From the NCBI GenBank assembly GCA_021513695.1, contig CP084166.1, forward strand, positions 2,368,001 to 2,432,000: 64,000 nt of DNA, in the 5' to 3' direction. Source of the DNA: Candidatus Heimdallarchaeum aukensis. GTDB taxonomy: Archaea; Asgardarchaeota; Heimdallarchaeia; Heimdallarchaeales; Heimdallarchaeaceae. The first letter of the stretch is position 1. Each line of letters starts with the position of its first letter. The notes below the pieces were generated by a model. The model made no database searches. It was not told where the DNA came from and saw only the letters and a list, made by a program, of their open reading frames with translations. Shown piece by piece: positions 40,184-48,983 of the stretch. A program made the position numbers and the translations under genes.

Positions 40184-40945
40184 GGTAGTGTCTAGTTTTC
40201 TTCCGACAAAATATTTGTGGGGACTCTAATAGTAAGATATGAAAACACAAAAACTATCTACTCTTTTTAAGAGATGCAGAGTCCCCAAAAAAATAATAAT
40301 AAAAGCTATTTATGAATATATTGGTTCAAAGAATGGTTTGAGGACAGTAGCATGGAAGAATGGTTTAACGCATCAAACATTATGGTATTGGGTAAAGAAG
40401 TTCAGGCTCTTTAGGGAAAGTTTACATAGAGTTGTAGCAGAGAGAGGGGGAATACCAGAGATTATAGTAGTAGATGAAACAGAGATTAGGACCTCTCAAG
40501 GCTCAATATATCTGTGGTTCGCGTTAGATCCTTACAACAAGACTTTACTGGGTTTTAGTATTACTAAAGGACGGAGTAATCTTGAATGTTTACTAACTTT
40601 CCGTTATTGGTTCAAATGTTGGGGTTTTAAGCCCCGTATTGTCGTTACAGATGCAGGAGTATGGTATCCTGTCTTACTTCGTCTCGGTATCAAAATCTCT
40701 GTTATCAAAGGTGGTTTACGCTCCTATATTGAACGTTTTAATGCTACTCTTAAGAGTTATCGTTGGTTTCATTCTATTCTCCACTGCACTTGTCCTATCC
40801 GTGCCGTCTATGGCTCTACTCATCTTTCTGGTTTCCTTACTCTCTTTATGCTCCATTATAATTTCGTTCGTCCTCATCAGAGCTTGGGACATCCTCCCCT
40901 TAGTTCCTTTTTACCTAGGAGGTGGTATAAAAACTAGACACTACC
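40184..40945 (+). mobile_element. Intact 762-bp insertion sequence, IS6-family-like
   Basis: Perfect 16-bp terminal inverted repeats GGTAGTGTCTAGTTTT (40184-40199; reverse complement at 40930-40945). 9-bp direct repeat. A single 232-aa DDE transposase ORF whose stop lies inside IRR. Confidence 0.85.
40239..40937 (+). CDS. DDE transposase (IS6-like)
   Basis: N-terminal HTH-like region. D79 (VVDETEI), D138 (VVTDAG), E165 (YIERFNATLK). C-terminal HYNFVRPHQSLG. Confidence 0.8.
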   Translation: MKTQKLSTLFKRCRVPKKIIIKAIYEYIGSKNGLRTVAWKNGLTHQTLWYWVKKFRLFRESLHRVVAERGGIPEIIVVDETEIRTSQGSIYLWFALDPYNKTLLGFSITKGRSNLECLLTFRYWFKCWGFKPRIVVTDAGVWYPVLLRLGIKISVIKGGLRSYIERFNATLKSYRWFHSILHCTCPIRAVYGSTHLSGFLTLFMLHYNFVRPHQSLGHPPLSSFLPRRWYKN

Positions 40946-40954
40946 CTTGGAGGA
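40946..40954. repeat. Target-site duplication, right copy (CTTGGAGGA)
   Basis: Identical to 40175-40183. Confidence 0.85.
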
Positions 40955-40970
40955 AGAAATATTGTACTGT

Positions 40971-41396
40971 CTAAAAAACAATTGGTGTAATGTAGAGTTT
41001 TCCTCCGATAACAGCTTTGAAGGAAAGAATGTTCTCGGAAAATTCTTTTATTTGCCTTGCTTTTCCTTTAAGAAAAATCGTTTCCAAACACAATTCGTGC
41101 GTAATATGGGCATGCATGGTTGATACAATTATTTCATCATTATCATGTTGTATTTGAGTTAACTTCTCGGAGCTATTAAAAGAATGGTGGTCGTATAAAT
41201 AAGTTAAACTTCCAACAACTTGAACATTAGGGTCAACGTTAAGTTCAGATTTGGCTAAATGTTCCCTTACTATAAATCTAATAGCTTCAGACCTGTTAGG
41301 GAATTTTTTTTCTTTTATCCATTCATCAAGCTTTGAAAGTAACTCTGGTTCGAAAGACACTCCTGTCCTAGTGACATAGGTCTTTTTTTCTTTCAT
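40971..41396 (-). CDS. nikR: Nickel-responsive regulator NikR (RHH + ACT-like metal-binding domain)
   Basis: RHH N-terminus RTGVSFEPELLSKLDEWIKEKKFPNRSEAIRFIVREHL. C-terminal His/Cys pattern LYDHH..IQHDN..MHAHITHELCLE..LKG. Confidence 0.8.
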   Translation of the reverse strand: MKEKKTYVTRTGVSFEPELLSKLDEWIKEKKFPNRSEAIRFIVREHLAKSELNVDPNVQVVGSLTYLYDHHSFNSSEKLTQIQHDNDEIIVSTMHAHITHELCLETIFLKGKARQIKEFSENILSFKAVIGGKLYITPIVF

Positions 41397-41702
41397 AATT
41401 TTCTAACAGCTTTTGAGATTAAAGAATATTTCCTTAAATGAACTTTATATTTAGTTGATTATAAGAGAATACCTTTAATAGAGAATAAAAGTCAATTTGT
41501 TTGCAATTTTATAAAGATGAGAGTGATACTTGTAATTAATTTTGCTTAATTTTATGAAAAATGAAAAGTTTAATTTTTTAACTGTTGTGTGTTTTAAACT
41601 TAATTTTTTTAATAGATAGTATTATTACTTACCATTACTAATTTGTTTTAGTTAAAATGTTTAATGAAAACTTAATCATAAAATCAATTGGAGGATTATC
41701 AA

Positions 41703-42089
41703 ATGGAGCCTGGTGAACACATGATGGATTGGTGGGGTATTCCTTTTATGGGTTATATGATGATTGGAGCAGCACTCGTGCTTGTATTAATTGCATTTCT
41801 GATATATTTAGATGCAGAAAAACGTGGAATGAATGGTTTATTATGGTTTTTCTTGGTTATTGTACCAATGATAAGCGTGGTATCTATTATAGTCTACCTC
41901 ATAATAAGAGTTGATTATCCTGTACAGCAACCAGTTAAAGAAAGCTTATTACACAAACCACAAGTTTATCAAGAAAGCCCAACATCAAAGATTACTGCTT
42001 TAGCAAAGCTTGATGAACGCTATGCTAATGGCGAAATAACTCGTGAAGAATACTATCAGATGAAAAGAGATATTGAGTTATCCCCATAA
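41703..42089 (+). CDS. Membrane protein with C-terminal SHOCT domain
   Basis: GGAGG lies 8 nt before ATG 41703. Two TM helices. C-terminal LAKLDERYANGEITREEYYQMKRDIE (SHOCT pattern). Confidence 0.6.
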   Translation: MEPGEHMMDWWGIPFMGYMMIGAALVLVLIAFLIYLDAEKRGMNGLLWFFLVIVPMISVVSIIVYLIIRVDYPVQQPVKESLLHKPQVYQESPTSKITALAKLDERYANGEITREEYYQMKRDIELSP

Positions 42090-42214
42090 AAATAACCAAT
42101 TTTTTTATTTTTGTCTGTAGAGACTATTAACAAGACCAATAAAAATAGACTTTATATATAAAGCAAAAAGTTTCTGCTTTTTCTTTTTTTATTCTTTTTC
42201 ATTTTTTTGAAATT

Positions 42215-42931
42215 TTAATTTCTTTTTGTTTCTTTTTCAATTACTCCATCTCTCATGTGAATGGTCCTTTTTGCCACTTTTGCAGCAGATAAGTTGTGAG
42301 TAACCATCAAAATGGTTGTATTCTTTTTCTCATTTAATTCTTGTAAAAGTTCTAAAACTCTTTGTCCAGTTTGTGAATCAAGGTTTCCTGTAGCTTCATC
42401 ACATAATAATATGACAGGGTCGTTTACTATACTTCGCATTATTGCTACTCTTTGTCTTTCTCCAGAACTTAATTCTTCAGGAAACTTGTGTTTTAGATGA
42501 TTTAAATCAAAATCATCAAATAGTTTGTTTACTTTTTTTCTTCTCTCGGAGTAATCTTGATAGTCAAAAATGAGTGGAAGTTCCACGTTTTCGTAAGCTG
42601 TTAAACCATCAATTAGGTTGAAAAATTGAAAAACAAATCCTATCTTTCTTCTTCTAAATTTTGCTAGTTCGTTTGGAGAGAATTTAGTTACATTCTCTCC
42701 GTCAATTATTATGGATCCTTCAGTTGGGTGTTCTATTGTTCCAATTAGATTTAGTAATGTGGTTTTTCCACTCCCTGAAGGTCCAACACATGAAACAAAT
42801 TCTCCTTTGTCAATTGAAAAACTTATATCTCTGACTGCTATAACCTCATTTTCTCCAACAGTAAATGACTTTTTTACGTGTTCAACTTTCACAATAGGAT
42901 TCATTCTCGAGAAGACTTCTTTAATATGCAC
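42215..42931 (-). CDS. ABC transporter ATP-binding protein (LolD/MacB/FtsE-type), no adjacent permease
   Basis: Walker A GPSGSGKTTLLN, signature LSSGERQRVAIMR, Walker B ILLCDEATGNLD. The likely true start is M10 (MNPIVKVEHV, nt 42904). Confidence 0.85.
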   Translation of the reverse strand: MHIKEVFSRMNPIVKVEHVKKSFTVGENEVIAVRDISFSIDKGEFVSCVGPSGSGKTTLLNLIGTIEHPTEGSIIIDGENVTKFSPNELAKFRRRKIGFVFQFFNLIDGLTAYENVELPLIFDYQDYSERRKKVNKLFDDFDLNHLKHKFPEELSSGERQRVAIMRSIVNDPVILLCDEATGNLDSQTGQRVLELLQELNEKKNTTILMVTHNLSAAKVAKRTIHMRDGVIEKETKRN

Positions 42932-43087
42932 TAATAAAGTTGTTTAAAAAACATTAAAACTTATCTTTGAGAAATACTGTGCTTCATTTATTTTTCCTTA
43001 AGATTCCTTTTATTTTATGAGCAAAAGTTAAAAAGCATAGACTTTTTTCCACTCAGTAAAACAAAATTTATGGAGTGAATAAATAAA

Positions 43088-43690
43088 ATGGCAGAATTTC
43101 ATTTAACAACACCGATTCATCCAGAAAAACTGGAAGAAATAAAGGTTGGAGATATTGTGTATATCACGGGAACTGTAATTACTGCTCGTGATGAAGCACA
43201 TTTAAAAGCCTTAGAATTGCATAAAGAAGGAAAAAAACCTCCTGTAGACTTCAAGGGCAATGGACTTTTCCATTGTGGACCAGTTATGAAAAAAAACGAA
43301 GATGGTTCGTGGACAGTTGTCGCAGCGGGGCCAACTACTTCTGCAAGAATGGAAATTTTCCAAGATAAGTTCATTAAAGCTTTTCATCCTGGAATCATTA
43401 TTGGTAAAGGGGGAATGATGGAAAGAACAGCAAAAGCATGTCAAGAAGAAAAATGCATTTATGGTTATTTTACTGGGGGAGCAGCTCTTCTAGCTGCTGA
43501 TAGAATTAAAGAGGTAAAAGATGTTTTCTGGCTGGAAGAATTAGGTATGCCTGAGTGTTTGTGGGTCTATCAAGTAGAAAACTTCGGTCCTTTAACTGTT
43601 ACCATTGATGTTCATGGTGGAAACCTTACAGAGGACAGTAAGAAAAATATTATGAAAAACAAAGAAAAAATTTTGGAGGAGATGAAATAA
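43088..43690 (+). CDS. Class I (Fe-S) fumarate hydratase / tartrate dehydratase, beta subunit
   Basis: ITGTVITARDEAHLKALE and GPTTSARME, typical of the FumA C-terminal/TtdB domain. Confidence 0.8.
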   Translation: MAEFHLTTPIHPEKLEEIKVGDIVYITGTVITARDEAHLKALELHKEGKKPPVDFKGNGLFHCGPVMKKNEDGSWTVVAAGPTTSARMEIFQDKFIKAFHPGIIIGKGGMMERTAKACQEEKCIYGYFTGGAALLAADRIKEVKDVFWLEELGMPECLWVYQVENFGPLTVTIDVHGGNLTEDSKKNIMKNKEKILEEMK

Positions 43691-44568
43691 TGAAAGATAT
43701 TGCCCAAGTTGTTGAAGATACTGCTTTTGAATTACTCAAAGTTGCAGCAACCAAATTACCAAGTGAGGTTAAAGAAGCTCTAGTAAAAGGAAAAAATGAG
43801 ACAAAAGGGAGCCTAGGAAAGGCACAATTGAGTGCAATTGTAGAAAATGTTGAGCTTGCTGAAACAAATATCAAGCCAATGTGCCAAGATACAGGTCTGG
43901 TAGCTTTTTTTGTTAAAATAGGTGATAAATTTCCATTAAGATCAGAAGTTAAAGAAATTCTAAAGAAAGCAACTGAAAGAGCAACAAAGGAAGTTCCCCT
44001 TAGACCTAATGCTGTGGATATGTTTGAAGGAAATACAAAAACAAACATAGGATTAAGAGGGTATGTTCCTTGGTTTTATTTTGATCTAGCTGAAGGCGAT
44101 AAACTTGAGATTATAGCTATGCCTAAAGGTGGAGGGAGTAGTAATGTTGGTAAAATGAAAATGATCCCTCCAGGAAAAGGAATAAAAGGTGTGAAAGAAT
44201 TTGTTGTAGAAGCTTTAGCTGCAGCAGGACCTCTCGCTTGTCCTCCTTATACTGTAGGTGTAGGAGTTGGTGGAGGAGAAGATATGTGTATGAATCTAGC
44301 TAAAAAAGCTCTTCTTCGCCCCCTTTATCACTATCACGAAGATGAACGAATAGCAGCTATTGAAAAAGAATTACTTCAAACTCTTAACCAATTAGAGATA
44401 GGAGCTATGGGACTAGGTGAAGGACCATCTGTTCTAGATGTTCATATGGAATTTGCTGCACGTCATCCAGCCAGTTTGCCTGTTGGTGTCGTTATTTCTT
44501 GTTGGGCTTTAAGACATGCTGGAGCAACAATTGACAAAGATGGAAATGTTGAATATCATCCTCATTAG
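43690..44568 (+). CDS. Class I (Fe-S) fumarate hydratase / tartrate dehydratase, alpha subunit
   Basis: CQDTGLVAFFVKIG cluster-ligand motif. 1-nt TAATG overlap with the beta subunit gene. Confidence 0.8.
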   Translation: MKDIAQVVEDTAFELLKVAATKLPSEVKEALVKGKNETKGSLGKAQLSAIVENVELAETNIKPMCQDTGLVAFFVKIGDKFPLRSEVKEILKKATERATKEVPLRPNAVDMFEGNTKTNIGLRGYVPWFYFDLAEGDKLEIIAMPKGGGSSNVGKMKMIPPGKGIKGVKEFVVEALAAAGPLACPPYTVGVGVGGGEDMCMNLAKKALLRPLYHYHEDERIAAIEKELLQTLNQLEIGAMGLGEGPSVLDVHMEFAARHPASLPVGVVISCWALRHAGATIDKDGNVEYHPH

Positions 44569-44597
44569 GATATCTCTTTTTCTTTCTTTTCTATTTT

Positions 44598-46271
44598 TTA
44601 ATTTGCACAACAGGACAATTTTTCAACATCTTTATCAAGAGCTAATATTGCCAATTTTATTGCTTCAACTTGAACTAGATAGGGGAAAAACTCTGTTGTA
44701 ATATCAGTTAAAGTCACTCCATATTTTTTCCCGAAACTAATAATTAAAGAGGCTGTTTGAATAATTTCTCCTGCATTAACAGTAATGATATGTGCACCGA
44801 TTAAGTAATCTGTTTCCTTATCTGCTATCAATTTTACAAATCCTCGAGTATCAAAGGAAGTAAGAGCATGTGGAACATATTTCATGGGTAAAAGGCTAGT
44901 TTTTACTTTGTATCCTTGATCGATAGCTTGTTTTTCAGTTAATCCAACAGTAGCGATTTGTGGGTCGGTAAAAATAACTGAGGGAAGTGTAGATAAATCA
45001 ATTTTTTTAATATTCCCTTTCACTGCATTTTCTGCTGCAATACCTCCCGAAGCAGCAGCAACATAAACAAATTTAGGTAAAGTAGTTACATCTCCTGCAG
45101 CATAGATATTATCAATATTAGTTTGCAAGTGATTATTAACAACAATAAAACCATCCTTGTCAGTCTTTAAACCAATATTTTTCAATCCAAGTTCTTTAGT
45201 GTTGGGTGTCCTTCCAAGAGCTACCATTATCTCCTCTGCTTTAAATTCTCTTTTTTTTCCGTTAATTTTTGCAATTATACTCTTTTCTTCTTTTTGTTGA
45301 TAAGCATCAACAATCTTAACACTAGTAAAGATTCTCAAACCTTCTTTCTTTAAAATCTCTGTTATCTCATGAGATAATTCTGGTTCGTGAACTGGGATTA
45401 TAGTAGAACTTCTTTGAAGTATTGTTACTTTAACTCCCAACCGATGAAACATCTGTCCTAATTCTAAAGCAATTGCTCGTCCACCTAAGATAATTAAGGA
45501 TTTGGGAAGAGATTTCAGTTGCATTGCAGTTGTGCTTGTAAGAACATCAACTCCTTTTTTTTCTAAAATAGAGAGATTTTTCGGTTTTGCTCCAGTTGCG
45601 ATAATTATTTTTTCTACTTTAATTATATGTTTATTATCAATTTTTATACTATTTTTTCCTATAATCTCTGCTTTTCCTTGTATAAGCTTTATTCTTTCTT
45701 TGTAGCTGTTTAGAACATTAATATATTTGTCTTTCCTTAATTCGTTAATTAGTGCATTTTTTTGTGAAATAACTTTCTGCCAATTAAATTCTTTAATATC
45801 TGCTGTTAATCCTTGAATAGGGTTATATTGTAATTTATGCTTAAATCCTGCAACCTTAATGAGAGTCTTTGAAGGCACACAACCTATATTTACACATGTT
45901 CCTCCTATCGTTCCTTTTTCGATAATAACAACATTTTTACCCAATTCTGCAGTTTTAATAGCTGCAGCTACTCCTGCGCCTCCAGTACCAATTACAGCGA
46001 TATCAAAATCAGCATTTCTTACCTTATTGATTTCATCTGAAAAAATCTTTACTCTCTTAATTTTTTTGAGCTTATATCCGATGTTTTCAATTGATGTTTT
46101 TATTGTTTCATCATTAATGATTTTTGAAGTAATAACTTCGGCTTTTCCTTCTTCCCATTTGGAAACATGAACATTATTTATACCATCCAATTTAGATAAA
46201 GCCTTTTTTACATGTAATTCACATGATGCACAGGACATTCCTTGTATTTCTAATTCGATCTTTTCTTCCAT
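44598..46271 (-). CDS. merA: Mercuric reductase MerA with N-terminal HMA (NmerA) domain
   Basis: GMSCASC metal-binding motif, GGTCVNIGCVPSK redox disulfide, FAD/NAD GxGxxG motifs. C-terminal vicinal cysteines in DVEKLSCCAN. Confidence 0.85.
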   Translation of the reverse strand: MEEKIELEIQGMSCASCELHVKKALSKLDGINNVHVSKWEEGKAEVITSKIINDETIKTSIENIGYKLKKIKRVKIFSDEINKVRNADFDIAVIGTGGAGVAAAIKTAELGKNVVIIEKGTIGGTCVNIGCVPSKTLIKVAGFKHKLQYNPIQGLTADIKEFNWQKVISQKNALINELRKDKYINVLNSYKERIKLIQGKAEIIGKNSIKIDNKHIIKVEKIIIATGAKPKNLSILEKKGVDVLTSTTAMQLKSLPKSLIILGGRAIALELGQMFHRLGVKVTILQRSSTIIPVHEPELSHEITEILKKEGLRIFTSVKIVDAYQQKEEKSIIAKINGKKREFKAEEIMVALGRTPNTKELGLKNIGLKTDKDGFIVVNNHLQTNIDNIYAAGDVTTLPKFVYVAAASGGIAAENAVKGNIKKIDLSTLPSVIFTDPQIATVGLTEKQAIDQGYKVKTSLLPMKYVPHALTSFDTRGFVKLIADKETDYLIGAHIITVNAGEIIQTASLIISFGKKYGVTLTDITTEFFPYLVQVEAIKLAILALDKDVEKLSCCAN

Positions 46272-46400
46272 TTAACTCAGTAGTACAGATGATGATAGGT
46301 TAATAATATGTATGCTTTAAATTTTAAAGTTTGAAAAGGAGCTATTTTTTATTTCAGATGAATTAGAAATGTTTATATCATAATAATCCAAATTTAGCTT

Positions 46401-47327
46401 ATGAATAATGAAGAAATTAGAGAAATTACTCCTGAAGATGTTGACGAAGGAAGAGAACAAAGTGTCAGAGAAAAAAGAAAAAAAGAAAAAAATCTAAATA
46501 AAAATGAAACTGAAGAAGATAAAGAAGCACAAAGATTAATTGAAGAAAAAAAACTTAGAAAGACTGTTTACAAAAAAATCATCGTCGATTTAAGGGGAAC
46601 AAAATTTCATGCCGATGAATGGGGCATAAGGCTTGACCAACAAAGGCAATCTAAATCAAGACAATGGACAAAAGATATGGATACAATTGGTGACGTTAAG
46701 ATTAACGATAAACCTTGGGGAAAATTAGGTATAAGAGAAGAAAAATGGAAAACAGTTGATCCACTAAAAAAACGTTTTGTGATGAAACTCTTTACTAATA
46801 GTTTTTACTGGAGAGGAACAATAGAGTTTCTTCAGGGAGAAAGCGTATTATTATCTTATGTCACAAATGAAAACTGTCCTGTATATATGTGTAATATTAG
46901 TACTAGTTTAAATTTAGTGCGTATTAGACGTCTCCCTCATAAACCTAGATTTAGGGGAGAAGTATTTGGTTTTGATATTGTAGATGATGATGGAATACAC
47001 AATGTGTTTATGATTGATGACAAAAGGTTTACACTAGGTTCTGATTGGTATGTCAGAGATGTTCATAATAATGTTGTGGCCATTATAAATGGAAAATTCT
47101 TTAATGTAGGTGGGAGATACGATATTGAAATATATGACAAAAAACTTGCCTCAAATAAAGAATTTTTCTATGTATTGATACTTTTTGCTTCTACATTGCG
47201 TTGGCATAAAGACATAAAAAAGCTCCTAAAGAAAGTGTTGTACGAAATAAGGAAAAAGAATCAAACCTTAAAGTTGCAAGAGAGCGAGGCAGACTTGTAT
47301 CTGAACCCAAGAAAAATGAACTATTAA
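46401..47327 (+). CDS. Protein with K/E-rich N-terminus and Tubby-C/LOR(DUF567)/YxjI-like C-terminal domain
   Basis: C-terminal FTLGSDWYVRDVHNNVVAIINGKFFNVGGRYDIEIYDKKLASNKEFFYVLILFASTLRW resembles the remembered YxjI/LURP-one pattern (..w....d.Y.i.i.d.....lllal.iaid). Confidence 0.4.
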   Translation: MNNEEIREITPEDVDEGREQSVREKRKKEKNLNKNETEEDKEAQRLIEEKKLRKTVYKKIIVDLRGTKFHADEWGIRLDQQRQSKSRQWTKDMDTIGDVKINDKPWGKLGIREEKWKTVDPLKKRFVMKLFTNSFYWRGTIEFLQGESVLLSYVTNENCPVYMCNISTSLNLVRIRRLPHKPRFRGEVFGFDIVDDDGIHNVFMIDDKRFTLGSDWYVRDVHNNVVAIINGKFFNVGGRYDIEIYDKKLASNKEFFYVLILFASTLRWHKDIKKLLKKVLYEIRKKNQTLKLQESEADLYLNPRKMNY

Positions 47328-47344
47328 TTTTTTATATCTTCTTT

Positions 47345-48100
47345 CTATTCTATTTTTCTAAGCTCTTTTTCCAATTCTGGAAGAGTATGTTGAACATTTC
47401 CTTGGACAAAATATTGTATCGTGTTCATATTAGATATAGCAGTATAGTTAAATAAAACACGAGTAGCTTTCTTGTTCTCAAAAAAGATATATGAAGCAGG
47501 GTAAACCTCCAGACTCGTACCTACTGCAATTAGTAGGTCACACTTTCTTGAAATATCAATGGCAGCAGTGTATACATCCTGAGGAAGATATTCACCAAAA
47601 AGAATAACTTCTGGTTTTAGTGGATTGTTGCATTTTGGGCATTGTGGAAAAGGTTTTTCACTAAGATGTTTCTCTTCATTAACAAGCTCCTCGTATTGAC
47701 ACCAAAGACAGTGTAACTTTCTTGTTGTTCCATGTATCTCAAAAACATTTTTTGTATCTGCTTTCTGATGTAAGGTGTCAATATTTTGCGTAGCGACAAA
47801 AACTTTTTCTTCACCAAGAATTTTTTGTATATTAGATATTGCATAATGTGCTTCGTTGGGTTCTGCAGATTTGATAATAGAAAAAACTTCTAAAAAGAAT
47901 TTCCAGACTTTTTCAGGATTCTTTTTAAAAGCAGTTATCGTAGCATATTCGTTAGGGTCAAATTTTTGCCATATCCCGTTAGTAGAACGAAAATCAGGTA
48001 TCCCACTAGGGGTACTAATACCAGCACCAGTAAAGAAAAGTATTTTTTTGGCCTTTTTTGCTAATCTAGCTATATCACTAATGTCTTCTACATCATTCAT
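47345..48100 (-). CDS. NAD-dependent protein deacylase, Sir2 family
   Basis: GAGISTPSGIPDFRS, QNIDTLH, catalytic FEIHGT, and zinc cysteines CLWC...CPKC. Confidence 0.85.
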   Translation of the reverse strand: MNDVEDISDIARLAKKAKKILFFTGAGISTPSGIPDFRSTNGIWQKFDPNEYATITAFKKNPEKVWKFFLEVFSIIKSAEPNEAHYAISNIQKILGEEKVFVATQNIDTLHQKADTKNVFEIHGTTRKLHCLWCQYEELVNEEKHLSEKPFPQCPKCNNPLKPEVILFGEYLPQDVYTAAIDISRKCDLLIAVGTSLEVYPASYIFFENKKATRVLFNYTAISNMNTIQYFVQGNVQHTLPELEKELRKIE

Positions 48101-48199
48101 TAAGTGATATTATCTCTATAGGTAAAAAATATTCTTACACTTTTTGAAGAGAGTTTTAACAACAAACCAATTTAGAGCTTACTCTCTCTTTATCTTTTA

Positions 48200-48460
48200 C
48201 TATTTTTTAATAGACGTTGTAAGTAGCTGCTTGTAGAGTTTTCTATCTAATAACTCTCCTCCAACACTTAAGTAATTTGAAATAAGCTTATCACTTATTT
48301 TCTTGCTTATACCTGTTTCTTCTACAAATTTTTTAGATAAAAATTTAGTTACAATCCTTTTTCTTCTATCCATCGTTCTGAAGTACCAGAATAATTTAAT
48401 TTTGACAATTATAAAGAAAAAAAGAGCCAAAGGTGCATCTATTATTTTTTTTATTCTCAT
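48200..48460 (-). CDS. Hypothetical small protein with one N-terminal TM helix
   Basis: 86-aa ORF. The start abuts the stop of the upstream gene (TAG|ATG, zero spacer). Confidence 0.4.
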   Translation of the reverse strand: MRIKKIIDAPLALFFFIIVKIKLFWYFRTMDRRKRIVTKFLSKKFVEETGISKKISDKLISNYLSVGGELLDRKLYKQLLTTSIKK

Positions 48461-48790
48461 CTATTCACCTTTGCCATTCTTTAAGAATGAGATCATCTTA
48501 TTCAAATTTCCAGAGAATTCTAAAACTATTTTCTCCACTGTTTCTTTTGATATTCCTTCATCTAATAGTTTTTGATAAACTCTAATTACTGCATCAGCAT
48601 AATTTTCAGCTACATCTACATTATATATGGAACCTAATAACTGTTCAACTATTGTTCCTATTTCACCTGAAAGAACTTTTAAGAACTCCTTAGTTTGGGT
48701 TTTGTCGTCAATGCTTATTTTTTCTTTATCTAGTGCATAATCATTAATGTGGCTTTTTCCATTAGTTGAAGAGTTTCGTTCTTTCGTCAT
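48461..48790 (-). CDS. Hypothetical small helical protein
   Basis: 109-aa ORF, first gene of a two-gene unit. Confidence 0.4.
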   Translation of the reverse strand: MTKERNSSTNGKSHINDYALDKEKISIDDKTQTKEFLKVLSGEIGTIVEQLLGSIYNVDVAENYADAVIRVYQKLLDEGISKETVEKIVLEFSGNLNKMISFLKNGKGE

Positions 48791-48983
48791 TAAATCACAC
48801 TCTACGATTACATCGAGTTTTCATTTAAAACCTTTTCCTAAGTCCTTTATTTCTACAAAAACATTGTTTATAAAATAAATAAAGATAAATTTACATACCT
48901 TCTCAATAAAAATTACTCCGTTTCTAAATTAAGATTCTGACAAAATTAAAATAAAAAGAATTAGAAAGATGTAATGCGCCAAT

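Noticed and set aside
40639-40974. 111-aa ORF in another frame inside the IS, running past IRR
   Set aside because: It crosses the inverted repeat and the target duplication into flanking DNA. It is hydrophobic and low complexity, and no frameshift signal is needed because the transposase ORF is intact.
41397-41687. 290-nt AT-rich intergenic region as a replication origin or NikR operator array
   Set aside because: Only low-complexity A/T repeats such as TTAATTTTTT are present. There are no ORB-like or NikR-type dyad repeats that I could define, and no cdc6/orc1 gene nearby.
43650-44048. 132-aa ORF antisense to the fumarase alpha subunit gene
   Set aside because: The sense strand carries the CQDTG fumarase motif, and the antisense product is low complexity.
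43088-44568. Beta-before-alpha order of the fumarase subunits as an anomaly
   Set aside because: Both subunits are intact and translationally coupled (TAATG). Gene order alone is not informative without comparative data.
44598-46400. A complete mer operon around merA
   Set aside because: There is no MerR/ArsR-type, MerT/MerP-like or MerB-like ORF on either side, and the upstream region shows no obvious palindromic operator.
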